NCBI RefSeq assembly: GCF_001194135.2
Contig: NC_068981.1
Span: 65,803,727-65,867,726 of the forward strand
Source: Octopus bimaculoides
Taxonomy: Eukaryota
DNA length: 64,000 nucleotides
Direction of reading: 5' to 3'
In this document: positions 24,875-38,300 of the stretch, piece after piece
Numbering within the stretch: the stretch's first letter is position 1
Layout: each line of letters opens with the position of its first letter
Program-made: the position numbers and the translations under genes
Notes under the pieces: generated by a model
Told to the model about the DNA's origin: nothing
Database searches by the model: none
What the model saw: only the letters and a program-made list of their open reading frames with translations

Positions 24875-27800
24875 TTTTATAAGTTTTGTGGTCAGAAGCA
24901 CTAAACAATTTAATAATATATCAAGAATTTGAGAAAATAACTCCCCCACCCCTCTGACAATTGTAATAACATAAGAGACAGATTGTCTATTGTATTTACT
25001 TTATATTGAAGGGGAAGGATAATTGACTGACAGTCACATGAGATTTTGTCATGTACTAAACAATGAAAAAGGACATAAGTATGGTGATTAATACTGAACA
25101 AAAAAACACAACAGATATACATAGCAGCTGGTACGCATGTATACTCACACTATATTTCAGTAAAGAGGGTAACAAAAGTATAGGATACCAAAACAGGAGC
25201 CCATTCTCTTATTCTTTTACTTGTTTTAGTCATTTGACTGCAGCCATGCTGGAGCACTGCCTAAAAGAGTTTTTTTAGAAGAAATTGATCCCAGCATTTA
25301 TTCTTTCTAAGTCTAGTACTTATTCTATTGGTCTCTTTTGTTGAATCATTAAGTTACAGAGACATACATACATACACCAACACTGGTTGTGAAGTGATGG
25401 ACACACACACATAACAGGCTTCTTTCAGTTTCCGTCTACCAAATCCACTCACAAAGCTTTGATTGATCCAAGGCTACAGCAGACACTTGCCTAAGGAGCC
25501 ACAGAGTGGGACCAAACCCTGAACCATGTAGTTGGAAGCAAGCTTCTTATTTCTTTATTTTCCTATGTTTAGCCCCTTGTGGGAAATAAAGAAATAAGAA
25601 GCTTGCTTCCAACTACATGGTTCAGGGCATAGAGGGGACAAACAAGGACAGACAAAGGGATTAAGTCGATTACATCGACCCCAGTGCATAACTGGTGCTT
25701 AATTTATCGACCCCAAAAGGATGAAAGGCAAAGTCGACCTCGGCGGAATTTGAACTCAGAACGTAGCAGCAGACGAAATACCGGTAAGCATTTCGCCCGG
25801 CATGCTAACGTTTCTGCCAGCTCGCCAAAACGGCATGCTAACGTTTCTGCCAGAAGCAAGCTTCTTACCAAACAGCCATCCACATTAAAACCTAGCAAAA
25901 ACTTTTCTTTTAATCATCAAGCACTACGTAAGACAAAATGTCATGTGGCTTTTTTTTTTTATGTGCAATAACAGTCAAGAACTGAGTAAACGAGTGTTTT
26001 ATAATGGCAGAGTTCACAAATTTAAACATTTGGTACAGGATAGCTTTTAACGAGCTTTTATCTATACAATTTTTTTCATTTCATGTTTATCTCATTATTT
26101 GCAATGTTCTCTCCCTCTCCCACACACTGTCTGTAATATAAACACACACACACACACACACACATACTCCAGGTTTGATTTCGTTATTACACAAACATCA
26201 CATTAGAATTTTGCAATCCAATGTAGAAATATAAAAATTATTAGAATTGGGAATCAAATGTGAAAATATCAATTGACCAGCAGAAAACTGCCCAGAGGGG
26301 AGCCTTTCTGCTAGTTTATCTAATAATTTAAAATTCAATGTAAAAAAAAAAAAAAAAACACCTTGACCAAAAGATTTTAAAATTCAATTATCAAAAATTG
26401 AATTTCTATAATGACTACAAGCAACTTCTATTTATCAAATGGTGATAATATAAACTTTAGATAAACTAACAAAAAGAAACAAAATTCAAAAACAAAGCAA
26501 GAAACATTCAATTTTAAAAGGAAATTGGAAGAAGATTAAAGCTAATCAGTTTACAAAGGAATCAAATCTCACCTTCCTTATCACATAAAGGATAGGTTTA
26601 ACAGAACAAATTAATCTTATTAACTGACTGAAAAGAAAAAGAAATATAAAAATGTCAGATGGCCAAAACATTCATCTTGTGACTAAAAATTGTCATTTGT
26701 GAAACCATCTGCCTTAAGCAGGTGCAAAATTCACATTTGCATTGTATGCAAATGCACATAACTGAAGCAATTACAATTCCTTGGCAGACAAACGCTATTT
26801 AATATTGTACAAAAAAGAACATGAATTTTTTTAAAAACAAAGTGTTATTGCTTTACTTCTGGATAAAGAGTGACATGTAAGCAGGTGCTTTGTCATGGTA
26901 CAGCATTCAGTTTTTTCTGTCCATACCTCAGGCCAACCAAGTAAAGCTCTTTACTGATAGTTTGACTATGTGGAACAGTTTCATGATAAATGATGTTCTT
27001 TCAGTAAAAAAGAAAGCAAAAATGTTCATTGACAATACCTTCACACTTAAGTAGCTTTTATATTTTTAGATGCAGTGATGACAATCCAGCCCATTACGGT
27101 GACCACTTTTTTTTTTTTTGTATTGATATCATAGCTTTATTGTTAGAATATTGTGATAACTCTGCAATGGACTGACGTCCCGGCCAGCTGGGGGGAACAT
27201 ATATGCCATAGAAACTGGGAAACCGGGCCCATGAGCCTGGCTAGGCTTGAAAAGGGCGCATAAATAAATAAATTGCGATAACTATTTTTCAAACTGATTG
27301 TGCCTCAATTCTATTTTTACAAGATTATGCTTCTTGAATTTTTCTTTTAAAATCCTGAGGTACAAACATTTTACTAATGCTCTTCTATTTTGAGCATTTC
27401 GTGAACAGTAAAGTAATGATTTTCACAGATCACTGCACATATCTTTACAATGTGATCATTTTAGGTAGATGTCTTTTCCAATTTCAAATGCTGGAAATAC
27501 TCAGGACACTGAGCACAGCTAAAAACAAAACTTTTCTTAATTTGAAACAAAATTTCAAACACTCATTTTCATCTTATAAACCAGAAAACAACGTCTGGAA
27601 GATGTATAAGCCAGAAAGCAAGGTCTGGAAGATGCACAATATGACAACACACCTTTGATGCAAGTCTGATGAAGTGTTTTTCTGTCTAAAGCTGCAAACA
27701 TTACGTAGATTCTCATTTGGAATTTTTGCGTAAAGTGGCATTGCAAATACAGTTGGTGCAGAAACAATTGTAATGAATCATTAAAGATGTATTACAGAAT

Positions 27801-30800
27801 TTTCTTTGTCATCTTTTCATTCTGTGGTGTTATGAGCCAGGCTGTGTCGTAGGGAAGGACCGGAAGTACGCATGTCCTGTCAGAAGTGGGGTCTGTGGGT
27901 CCCACTAGGGGGGCCACAGTGGGCATGCAGGATTGACAAGGTGCAAGCGGTAAGTTGGCAGTGGACAGCATACGAGAGCAGACCTGTTAGACGTTACAGC
28001 GGCAGACAGAGCACATGGAAGTAGTGAGTGACCCTTCCAGATAGGCAGGTAAGGCTAATGTTATTCTCTCTCTGCTTCCATCTTTTCCTCCTTCACATCA
28101 CAAGCTATTTCAGCTAGAAAAAAAAAATGATGGGTATGGTCTGCATTTTGAACGAGATGGTTAGACCATTTTGCAGTGAGGAAGACATTGCTGCTTGGTT
28201 GAAGAAAAATTAAGTTGGTGGCAAGACTCCATGGTATAGATGACCTCATGAGTTTCATACCATTGTACCTTGATGGATCAGCGTTGGCATTATACTTGGA
28301 AATGGCAGAGAAGGACCAGTTAAGCGCAGAAAAAAACAGAAGTCCAGCTAATGGAGGCTTTTATGGAAGGGCTATTCATGGCATATGGTCGGCTAGGGAA
28401 AGCGAAGTGGACGGGTGAACAGGTCGATGTGCTTGCCAACGAAATCAGGTGACTGGCCAAACTAGCAGAGTACAAAGACAAGGCACTGGAACAAACAGAA
28501 AAAATAGCATTTGTGACAGGATATCCTGACCACATGTTGGTCGAACTGCAAAAGCTGCCAAATATTCACTCCATGGCGATGGGAGAGGTAATATCTCAGG
28601 CCAGAGTCCTCGCCTCGTGTTGCAGGAAGACACCACTAGCAGCAATGAGAAGTGGTCAAACAAGGAACATGTGCGACCCTTCGAAGGGCAGTGTTTTCGG
28701 TGTCAGGGTTCACACATGGTGAGAGACTGCAAGGAACCCAAGCCTGGAGTAATTTGTTATCGATGCAGACAAACAGGCCACATCTCTAGTGAATGCATTC
28801 AGAGGAAACAGTCTAAGGGAGACTACTGCGCTGGTAGTTGTCCTATCAAAAGAAGAGAGGTGTGTATACGGTCATTGCCAGTAGTGGAAGTCATGGTGGA
28901 GGAAAAGCTATAACGACCCCTCGTGGACAAGGAGCTGCTCAACAACCTTAATGACTGAGGTGGTAGAAGAATGAAGTGAGTAGTGTAAAGGCTGTTGACG
29001 GTACAGAAGTTGAATGCAGAGGAAGTAGTGATGTGGTTATGGTGGTACAAGGAACAAGATTGAGGTTGTGTGCGATCATCATCGACCGCATGGTGGATGG
29101 AGTCCATGTGGTGATGGACGCCATAGTCCGTTTGGGATGTGTTACGGTCAATGATGCCAGTGTAACATTCAGTGATGTGGGGGTGCTATGCGCTGGGAGT
29201 CTACAACAGGAGAGTGGTGAGAGCTGCGAAGAAAAATATGCTGCACATACCATTATAGACAAGGATTTTCAGGTGGTGTTCAACGGTCAGCAGTGGACAG
29301 TGGAATGGTACTGGAAGGGAGATCCGACGTTGAAAAATGCAGTAGGCTGCTATCAGCATACCCAGAAAAGGGATGCCAGAAGTATGACTACAATCACATC
29401 AACGTGGCAGAGCTGGATGCTGTGTTCAAGGGGCTGAACCTGGCCCTGAGGTGGGGGTTGCATACCATTGAAATCCAGACCAGTTTGGCCACTGTACTTA
29501 GATGGGTGGGATCAGTGGTCACTGGCGAGTGGAAGGTGCGAACCAAAGGGAGTGAGAAATACTGACAATGCTGTTTGGGAGTTCTGGGCAAGCTAGCAAC
29601 CGAGTTTGACCTGAGGCTGAATGTGGTTTTTGTGCCCTCTGAGAAGAATAGAGTAGATGTCCTGACCAGAATAAAGAAAGCCTGGTTGCAGGTGCCGGAG
29701 GTTCTGAAGCAAGGAGTGGCTGCAATATGTCGACTGAGTGACTCGGAGCTGAGGAGACTGCATACCATACATCACATAGGGGTGGACAGGACCCTGTTCC
29801 TAGCCAGGAAAGTTGACTGACATGAACAGGCAGAGTGTGCAGAGAGTAGTTGGGAGCTGCAACAGGTGCTAGTCCATTGACCCCGCTCCGGGCATGCATG
29901 AGGCAGGAAGCATTCCAGTGGAACACAACTAGAAATGACGGCAGTAGACATGATGCACTACCGGCTGGGGACATACCTCTTGATGGTCGACTGTGGACTG
30001 GGGGAGTTGTCCATATAGAGGGAGATGAAGATGGGAACTGCAGAGGAAATCACAAGAATACTGAAATATTCCTAGAACGAGGTCCTGTGGATGAGCTGCT
30101 TGTGGACAATGGCACTGCGTTTTGCTCAGAGCTGCTGGGGGAAATGCTTGACAAGTGGCATGTTAGCTGTTTCTTCAGGGCGGTATACCAGCCAAGTGGC
30201 AATGAAGTTGTGGAGAGGCATCATCGTACCATCAAGACCATAGCTGAGAGAGGCCACATCCCACCAGTCATAGCCGTTTTTTGGTATAATATGTTGCCCA
30301 GGTCGGGACAGACTAAGGAGTCAGTACCACACAGGGCAATATTCAAGTACAAGTGGAGATATCCATGTACAGCATCGCTGCAACCTGCAGAAGAGAAAGA
30401 GCATGCCTTTGTGCAGGTCGGGGAAGAAGTCTGGGTTAAACCCCCAAATGCATGGTGCACATCACAATGGGGAAAGGGGACAATAACCTCTGTAAATTCG
30501 AGGAACAATGTGTCCGTAGATGGCATGTCACATCATGTTTTGGATGTGCACAGGATCATGAATGCATCAGCGGATGGAGCCAACAGTAATGGACAAGAGG
30601 ACAAAACCGGCAGCAATATGCCAGGGACTGAGGCCAGTCCTGAAGTCCCACAGCGGTTGCAGAAAGAGCAGTGCCCTCCTCACTGGTTGCCTGATTACAA
30701 GACAAGTTAAAGCATGTGATCAGGGTTGAGGAGAGGGTGTGGGCAGGTTGGTTGAATGATCTTCAGATCAGAGGTGCATGTGGTGTTATGAGCCAGACTG

Positions 30801-32363
30801 TGTTATAGGGAAGGGCCGGAAGTGAGAGAGTACGCATGTCCTGTCAGAAGTGGGGCGTGTGGGTCCCACTGGAAGGACCACGGTGGGCATGCAGGGGTGG
30901 CAAGGTGCGAGCGGTCAGTTGGCAGTGGACAGTGTATGAGAGCAGACCTGTTAGATGGTACGGCGACAGACAGAGCATGTGGACGTTATGAGCAACCCCT
31001 TCCACATAGACAGTATGGCAGCAGACAGAGCACGTGGACATTGTGAGTGACCCTTCCACATAGACAGGTAAGACTACCGTAATTCTCTCTCTGCTTCAGT
31101 CTTTTCCTCCTTCACAATACACATTGGATTATTTACTCTTCGCCAAACCCATTTTATGGTGTAATTGAGAAACTTGGATTTTCTACATCTTTGGCCCGGA
31201 ACTCGACAATGTTGATGGCCCAGTATTCAGGTTGAGTGCTTCTTTGGAAATACGCTAACTTCACACCTGACTGGGCTTGAGAAGACCTGTCAAGTGGTGG
31301 TTGATGTCAGTGTCATTTAACTGGCGCGTAAAAAACACCCATTACACTCTTGGAGTGGTTGGCGTTAGGAAGGGCATCCAGCCGCAGAAACCATTTCAAA
31401 TCAGTCCTACAGCTTACCAGTTTCAGTCAAACTGTCTAACCCATGCCAGCATAGAAAGCAGATACTAAATGGTGATATATATATAACCTAAAAGGTCATT
31501 CTAGGTTTAAATGATGACAGATTTTATTGCCATATCGTGTTTCACAACAGCCTCTGCTCTTTTCTACAATAAACAGACATGTCTCCTACCTAAATTATAC
31601 CTCGAGTAAGACTATCAAACGCCAAACTCCTTCAGTTTGATTTTAAAAACCTGTAGTCGTAACATCATGAATAAAGTTGCATGGATACATATACCCTGGA
31701 TGAAATAATAATGTCTTAGGACATCTAAGCAGTAGAAACATGCGTCGGATTTAAAGTGAATGGAATGTATACAATACTGTGATAAACAAGCTTTTGAGGA
31801 TGTATAATTATATTTTTAATGTCTTGTATGTGTACACACACACACTTTATATGTTTATCTATTTATGTCTATCAGGCAGACTAGCCGTTAAGCAAATTTC
31901 AAACAATTGCAGTGGAATAGTGTCAGTAACCAGACCATACTTGCATTCTGGAAATTTTGAAACTCCAAGAAGTACAAGTAAAGTGAATTGAACAGTTTTT
32001 ATGTTTTTAAATGGCTAATATGGTTTTGCTACTACTTATAGTTGTGATTTATCTACTTATAGTTGTGATTTATCAAGTGAATATCAGCCAAAGTATCTAG
32101 TTTTGAATTAGGTGAATTTTACTTAAGGTTAAATTCTTGGTTGTCCAGTGTTTAATACATATAATTTCTATTTTCCAATTTTACATAAAAAAAATAAAAA
32201 AGGGGGGCTATGGCTGTGCAGTTAAATCTGTTTCTCAATTACATGGTTTCAGGTTCAGTTCCACTGCATTAACCTTGGGCCAACCCCAAAACCTTGTGAA
32301 TGGATTTAGAAACTGAAAGAACCCCAATGTGTGTGTGGATGGGTGAGTACGTTGATAGGTAGG

Positions 32364-32398
<35 letters not shown>

Positions 32399-35300
32399 AT
32401 GCATGAAGGTGTACGTTTGTGCTTATGGTGAAACGGTTCCCAAGTATAACCATGCTATTCTTTGATAGGGTACCAAGAAACACACCCTTCAATGTGTCCT
32501 TTTCCAGATTGTATTGTGTAATTTAAGAGAGGTTTGGGTATTAATTGCAAGCTGGAGGCCCATGCTGAATTGAAGCAAGTTGAAAGCATTGAGTAAAAGG
32601 AATCAACCACAGTCAATTTCCACGTGGAATTGATCCCCTGTAAAGACAGTATAATTTTGAATCATTTGAGCACTATTAAGTCTTCTATACTAAGAATCTC
32701 TGGATATCATCAGTTGATTATATATGATTGTCAACTTCAGCACAATGCTATATAAGGTAACATATTCACACCACAACCCCCACCATCCCCATCCTCTCTT
32801 GTCACAAAACTTGTAGTACAGGATTTCCATCAGATCTTTTCACGTCATATACACTCCCACCGGCACCCTTCTGTACTGCTAGCATTCACCCCTTTTCTCT
32901 CAAGACACTCATGATTAACACACACTTACTACCAAAGGTGTAGCTGCCAATTATTGTCTCCCCCCTATTAACCCCTGTCATTACTGTCTTTCTTCCATTA
33001 TTCCTTCTAGCATTGTTTTGTTTCTTCTATTTCTCCTCCTCTATCACCTTCTCACCTGAATTCTATTTCCTGTGTCATACTTTTCTTGCTTCTTTCACTG
33101 ACTCAGTTTAGTCTTGTCTCTTATACCACATAAGATACAGCTTCTATTCAGTTTTTCTCAGTTTATTTGTATTCCATCTTCCAGTTTATTTGTATTCCAT
33201 CTTCCATGTAGAACCTTACACATTCAGCAATGCATGCATACTTCAATTCTTTCACAGTTTTCATAAGTCTGCATCAAAGCCCTTCATTTCTCTATCATGC
33301 AGTATTATAGTTCATACTCAGGTATAACTGAATATGCCTTTTACATAGAGAGTGAAACACTTAGTTACCAGCCAAGGCAATAGTCTCATTAACTTTTTCA
33401 ATCCTGTTCTTGGAGCCATCCAAGCATTTAAGAGAATCTATTTCATGTGTACTCTGTATTGACAGCACCTGAATATCTGAAGTTTACATTCTCTGTTAGC
33501 TCGTCTTTGATCACACCACGTACTATGTGTCCATAATTTATTCTGAGTATATTATATGGAGTTTCTACTTTTCTGCATATAGAGCTTGGCTTGGCTCCCG
33601 ATAGCAATAGAAACCTACTTTTCTCGTACTTACCAAAACTCCTAGTTTTCTTAGCGAGCATGAAATTAAACCAAAAGTCTTCTCCAAGCCAAGTACTTCT
33701 GCAGTTTCACTAGGAAAACTGCATAAGTAGTACCTCTCTCTGATCAGTTGTGTTGTAACTCTTTTAGAAATTGTAAAATATGGTTAGGTTTATGTATATA
33801 CATGTATAGATATATGAATGGATATGTGAGTATATATGTGTATGCATTTATCCAACCACAAAGTCAAATTCACTGTTATGATGTGATTGTGGATTTGTAA
33901 CTGATGCCACTTAATTTGAAAAAAATTAGACATGTTAATTTTGTTTTTTATATATGGAAATGATTAAGCTTTTAGCTCACAAGTCAAAAATACATTCCAT
34001 GCTTGTGGTTATGTAAGCTGGATATTTATTTTAAGCCTAGATAAAAAATTTTTAAATTAGTTTCCTGATTCATAAAATTTATGACTGACAGTCACATTAA
34101 GAGTAGTGGTGGGGTTAAAAAACATGATTATCGTCATGACTTTGACATTTCTAAATCAAAGTATATTGTGTATGAGAAAAAGGAAGACAATTTAGTTCAC
34201 AGCAAATAAAACAATGATATAAAAAATGTACTTTAGAGATAGTATTAAATGGACAATAAAAAGGTCACAGCATGAAAAGTTGAGAGTTTATGCACTGAGT
34301 TAGTTCAGAGTAAAAATGATGTAAACAGATGGTTTCAGGAAAAATGGTTTCAGGAAACTTAATGTCAGATAGGGAGGATTCTGGAAAAATTAATGTACTT
34401 CAAAAAAAAAACAGACAAACTAAAAATGAAATAAAATTTTCATCTGAATGAAAAATAAAAAAAATTTTAAAATGTGCAGTGACAACCAGATAACGTTTAC
34501 CAACTGGAAAGTAAATTAAGCTTGGTAATCAGTTAGGAAATAAGGACATGCTAAGTTGGACTATTTGAAAGATCAGCAAATGCTTTATAAATATGAATTT
34601 CAAAAATCCATACAATAAAAATAACACCAAGTCAGCATATAAGAGTTTATCACTTTAACCCTTTAGCATTCAGGTTACTAATGAAATGCAATTCTTATTC
34701 ACATTGTTTTGAATTAATCATGTGTTTATCATAGTTTCAGGATGCTGATGAAGTAATTGCATATTTTTGGAACAACATTGTAGGGTAAATGTAAGTGGCT
34801 GGATCTGGCCAGTTTGAACATAAAACAGTTTGAGCTGGATATGGCTAGTTTAAAATCAGTCAATATCATAGTTTGTTTCTCTTGTATGCACACAATTATA
34901 CATAGGAGTGATTGAAAAATAAGCATGTAGGCATCTGAATAAAGTGGACAGAATCTCTTAGATTAACAACAATCATCAGATTGTGTAAGGTTTAAATTGC
35001 CGTGTGCATGTCCAATGATAGTGAAGCCCAGTTATAAACTATTCAATCATATTGCCAATTCAATGCTAATGCATGTAATATACTATACACGCAATAACTT
35101 TAATGTATTGTTGAGGACATTTTCCTGGCATCCATACATCATATATGATGCACCTTCTCAATTTTTTCTTTTTCAATCAACACAATAATTTAGGAAAGGA
35201 AAGCTTTATATTATGCAGAACATGAAATAAGGGCTAGCTAAAAGTCTGGAAGCGAGCATGGATAAGTTTAGGACAAATTAAGAAAATGCTTTGGACAGGT

Positions 35301-38300
35301 AAAGTGTTAATAATACTGAAAGTGTTAGGATTTAGAACAAACATCCACAAAACGTATATAAATTAATAAAACACATCAGGAAACACTGTGTTTTACAATA
35401 TATATTCATATACCTACAGTCAAACAATAAGCTAGCATACTTAGTAAAACAGAAATGTTGGAATAAGCTGTTGCTCAAATTATGAAGACTACCTCACTAG
35501 AAGTCAAGTTATGCTAGAACACTAATACTGGATATTACTATACTTCAATGTCATATTTCAATATTTAATTGGGGAAGGAACATCCATGATGTAAAGTATA
35601 TTATCAGCACGCAGTGTCTTCAATACAATTTCAATTTCCACCTGTGGCAAGTTCTCTAACACTGAAATGTTTTAACTATAATGTAAGAAAGGAGAAGGAA
35701 AAACAAAACCCATCTCAATTCATCTACTTGTACTCATTGTCAGTTTTTCTTAGTATTGCCATAGGCAAATTATTTAACATTTCCTGTGCAAAGCTGCTTA
35801 ACTATATAAATACGTTTACTAGAAGTTGGTTTCAGCCCATCTAATTCAGTCATTCTGGGGAAAGAAGGTACTTTATCATAGTGTTTGAACTTGGAAAATT
35901 TAGTTATGCACCTTTACATCAAGTTCAAACCCTGAAGGAGTTGACTACATTTTAATTCTTCAAGACTGATAAAAATATCAGCAATATATTGGGGTTCAAT
36001 TAAGTTGACTGTGTTCCTTGGAATACCCCATGTGGAGGTATGCCAAATCATTATTACAAAGGGTAGTGACTGGCAGAATCAGTAGAGTAACAGAACATTT
36101 TAAGATGGTTACTTAGAGATTTAAATTGACTGTATCCATCCCCCAAAGTTTATAACTTTATACCAAGCCAAAATGCCTTGTGGCATTTAGTTACATCTCT
36201 ACTATCTTTACACAGGAGTGGGAAACAATAAAATATTAATCAAATACTGAAGTCACTTTAACTGACTATGCTTTGTGATGTTGCAGGAAATTCAAGAGTT
36301 TTCAACTGATAAAAATAGTCAACAGACTTCATGAGGTTAATGTAAGTTTTAACAATTAGCTTTCATGCAAGAGAGAGTGTAAACAGGAAATTAATACTGT
36401 ATAAGCAAATAATAAAGTCCACTCCCAACAATAACTTAGTTCTATATAAAGTAACATTGCAACACATTTCAGAGAAGACTAAATACTCTAAACATTTTTA
36501 ATAACATCATAGAAACAAATATATAAAATTAAAAAAATGCACTGTAACGTACTGTTTTTGTAAATGATTTAAAGTACCAGTAAATCAAATGTCAATACTA
36601 CACATGATCACACATGCACACGTTAGGTGTTTTGCAAGTTTAGAAGATAAATAAAATGAAAGCAATACAAAGGTTTTCTTCTGACAAGTTATAACAAGCA
36701 GACTTTGAAGTGAAGCAATGGAGGTTTCAACTTCTGAACAGAAGAAACAAAAAAATTCAATCCTGACGCTTATAATATCAACTGTCCATAACATAAATAC
36801 TTAATTCTCATTTCAATAGTCTTAAGTGAAGGAGAGATATAAATACTTGTAGAGAATTATTTTCCAATATAGAGTGTGGAATTAAGTCTCCCACCTAGGA
36901 GATACAATGAAGTTCCAGTACTGAGTATGGACTTACAAACTTAACAGCTCAACTGTTTCCTCTTCCTTTACAAGATGAAAATAATTTGTTTTTGTATTGC
37001 ATGGTTCATGAGGGATGAGTATACAGGAAGACTCTTTCCATGGCCTCCAAGTCTAATAGAAGAGATGATGCTAACATCAAACTGGGAATCCAGTCCAAAT
37101 GCTGAAAACAGAGTGGACTCTACTAAAGACACTTAAGGTCCAGCTGTTAATCTGGGTGATGGATTAAATCTAACATCAAAGTAGGCCATGGTAGAATTTG
37201 AACTTGGAAGTCAAAAGATAGAACAAAGATCACAAGGAATCCCATCCAATGTGCTAATTCTGCCAGTCCAGCATCTTATATTGATACTTTTTATTTTACT
37301 GATCCTGGAAGAATTGAACTCCATTGTTCAATGTGAATTGAATTCAAAATGCAAAGATCCAGCATAAATATCACTGCATTGTAGTGTTGCATGAAATATC
37401 TTTGTCAATTGCAACTTGTAATTTCAATTTATTTTTATCTTACATACCTATGCCATTTCAAAATAACTTCCAAAAATAAAACAGAATTAAATAGTTTATG
37501 ATAGGCATAGTTTTGTGATGCTTCTCACATGTTGACAGTAATTGACCTAAAAATTTTATACTGTGTGCCTTGTTCTCAATAAGGTCAAGCAACCATCAAC
37601 TTTTGAGACAGTCTTACTATTATTTTTTTGGATAGGAGTGGAGTGAGTGTGCTTGCAATTTCTATTCTGAAGCAATTCATCTAAACTGTAATCATTCTTA
37701 GAATGATTAAACTACACTACATGGGGTTGCTGTCATTAATGATTAATCAATCAATATCTATTATTTTACATGTGATAGAGTCATTATTCTCATCATCATC
37801 ATGTCTGCTTTTCATGCTGGCAAGGATTGTATGGATTATCATGTCCCAAGTCAGTTCTTATTTAGAGTTACTGCTTCCTAAATAGGTGACAGAATCATGT
37901 TTTGCTTGTATGACAAGTCATTATAAATTTGGCCTTTTGGCCAAATCCCCACTGATTCAATCAGCTAGTAAAGTTTATGCATGCAAGATTGTGCAAAGAA
38001 TGAAAAAAAAAAGTGCAAAAACACTTTATTCATTAGCACTTTCAAACCACTTGTGAAATGTGATGCTGGTCTTCATATCTTTACTGTTGCAGTATCTTCT
38101 TTAAATTTTATGATTGTACACTATCTTCCTGATAGACATGAATTTATCATCTGGTAACCTTAGACTTAACTACTCAGAGCACGACACAGGTAAATATTAA
38201 AATGATTGACAGTTATCAATACACATTGCTATCCTTTAGTGAACAATAGCAATAACATAGGAATATTAAATTAAAACTCAGTTAAAACTATTAAAATTCC

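Larger units (their letters stand above)
27823..31116 (+). mobile_element. Ty3/Gypsy LTR retrotransposon, RT deleted, in PSAP intron 1 (antisense to the gene)
   Basis: Direct repeats TGTG...CACA at 27823-28097 and 30779-31116; PPT gaggagaggg at 30728-30737; gag with two CCHC knuckles, protease, RNase H and integrase in Gypsy order; flanks ATTC/ATAC (4-bp TSD with one mismatch). Confidence 0.9.
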
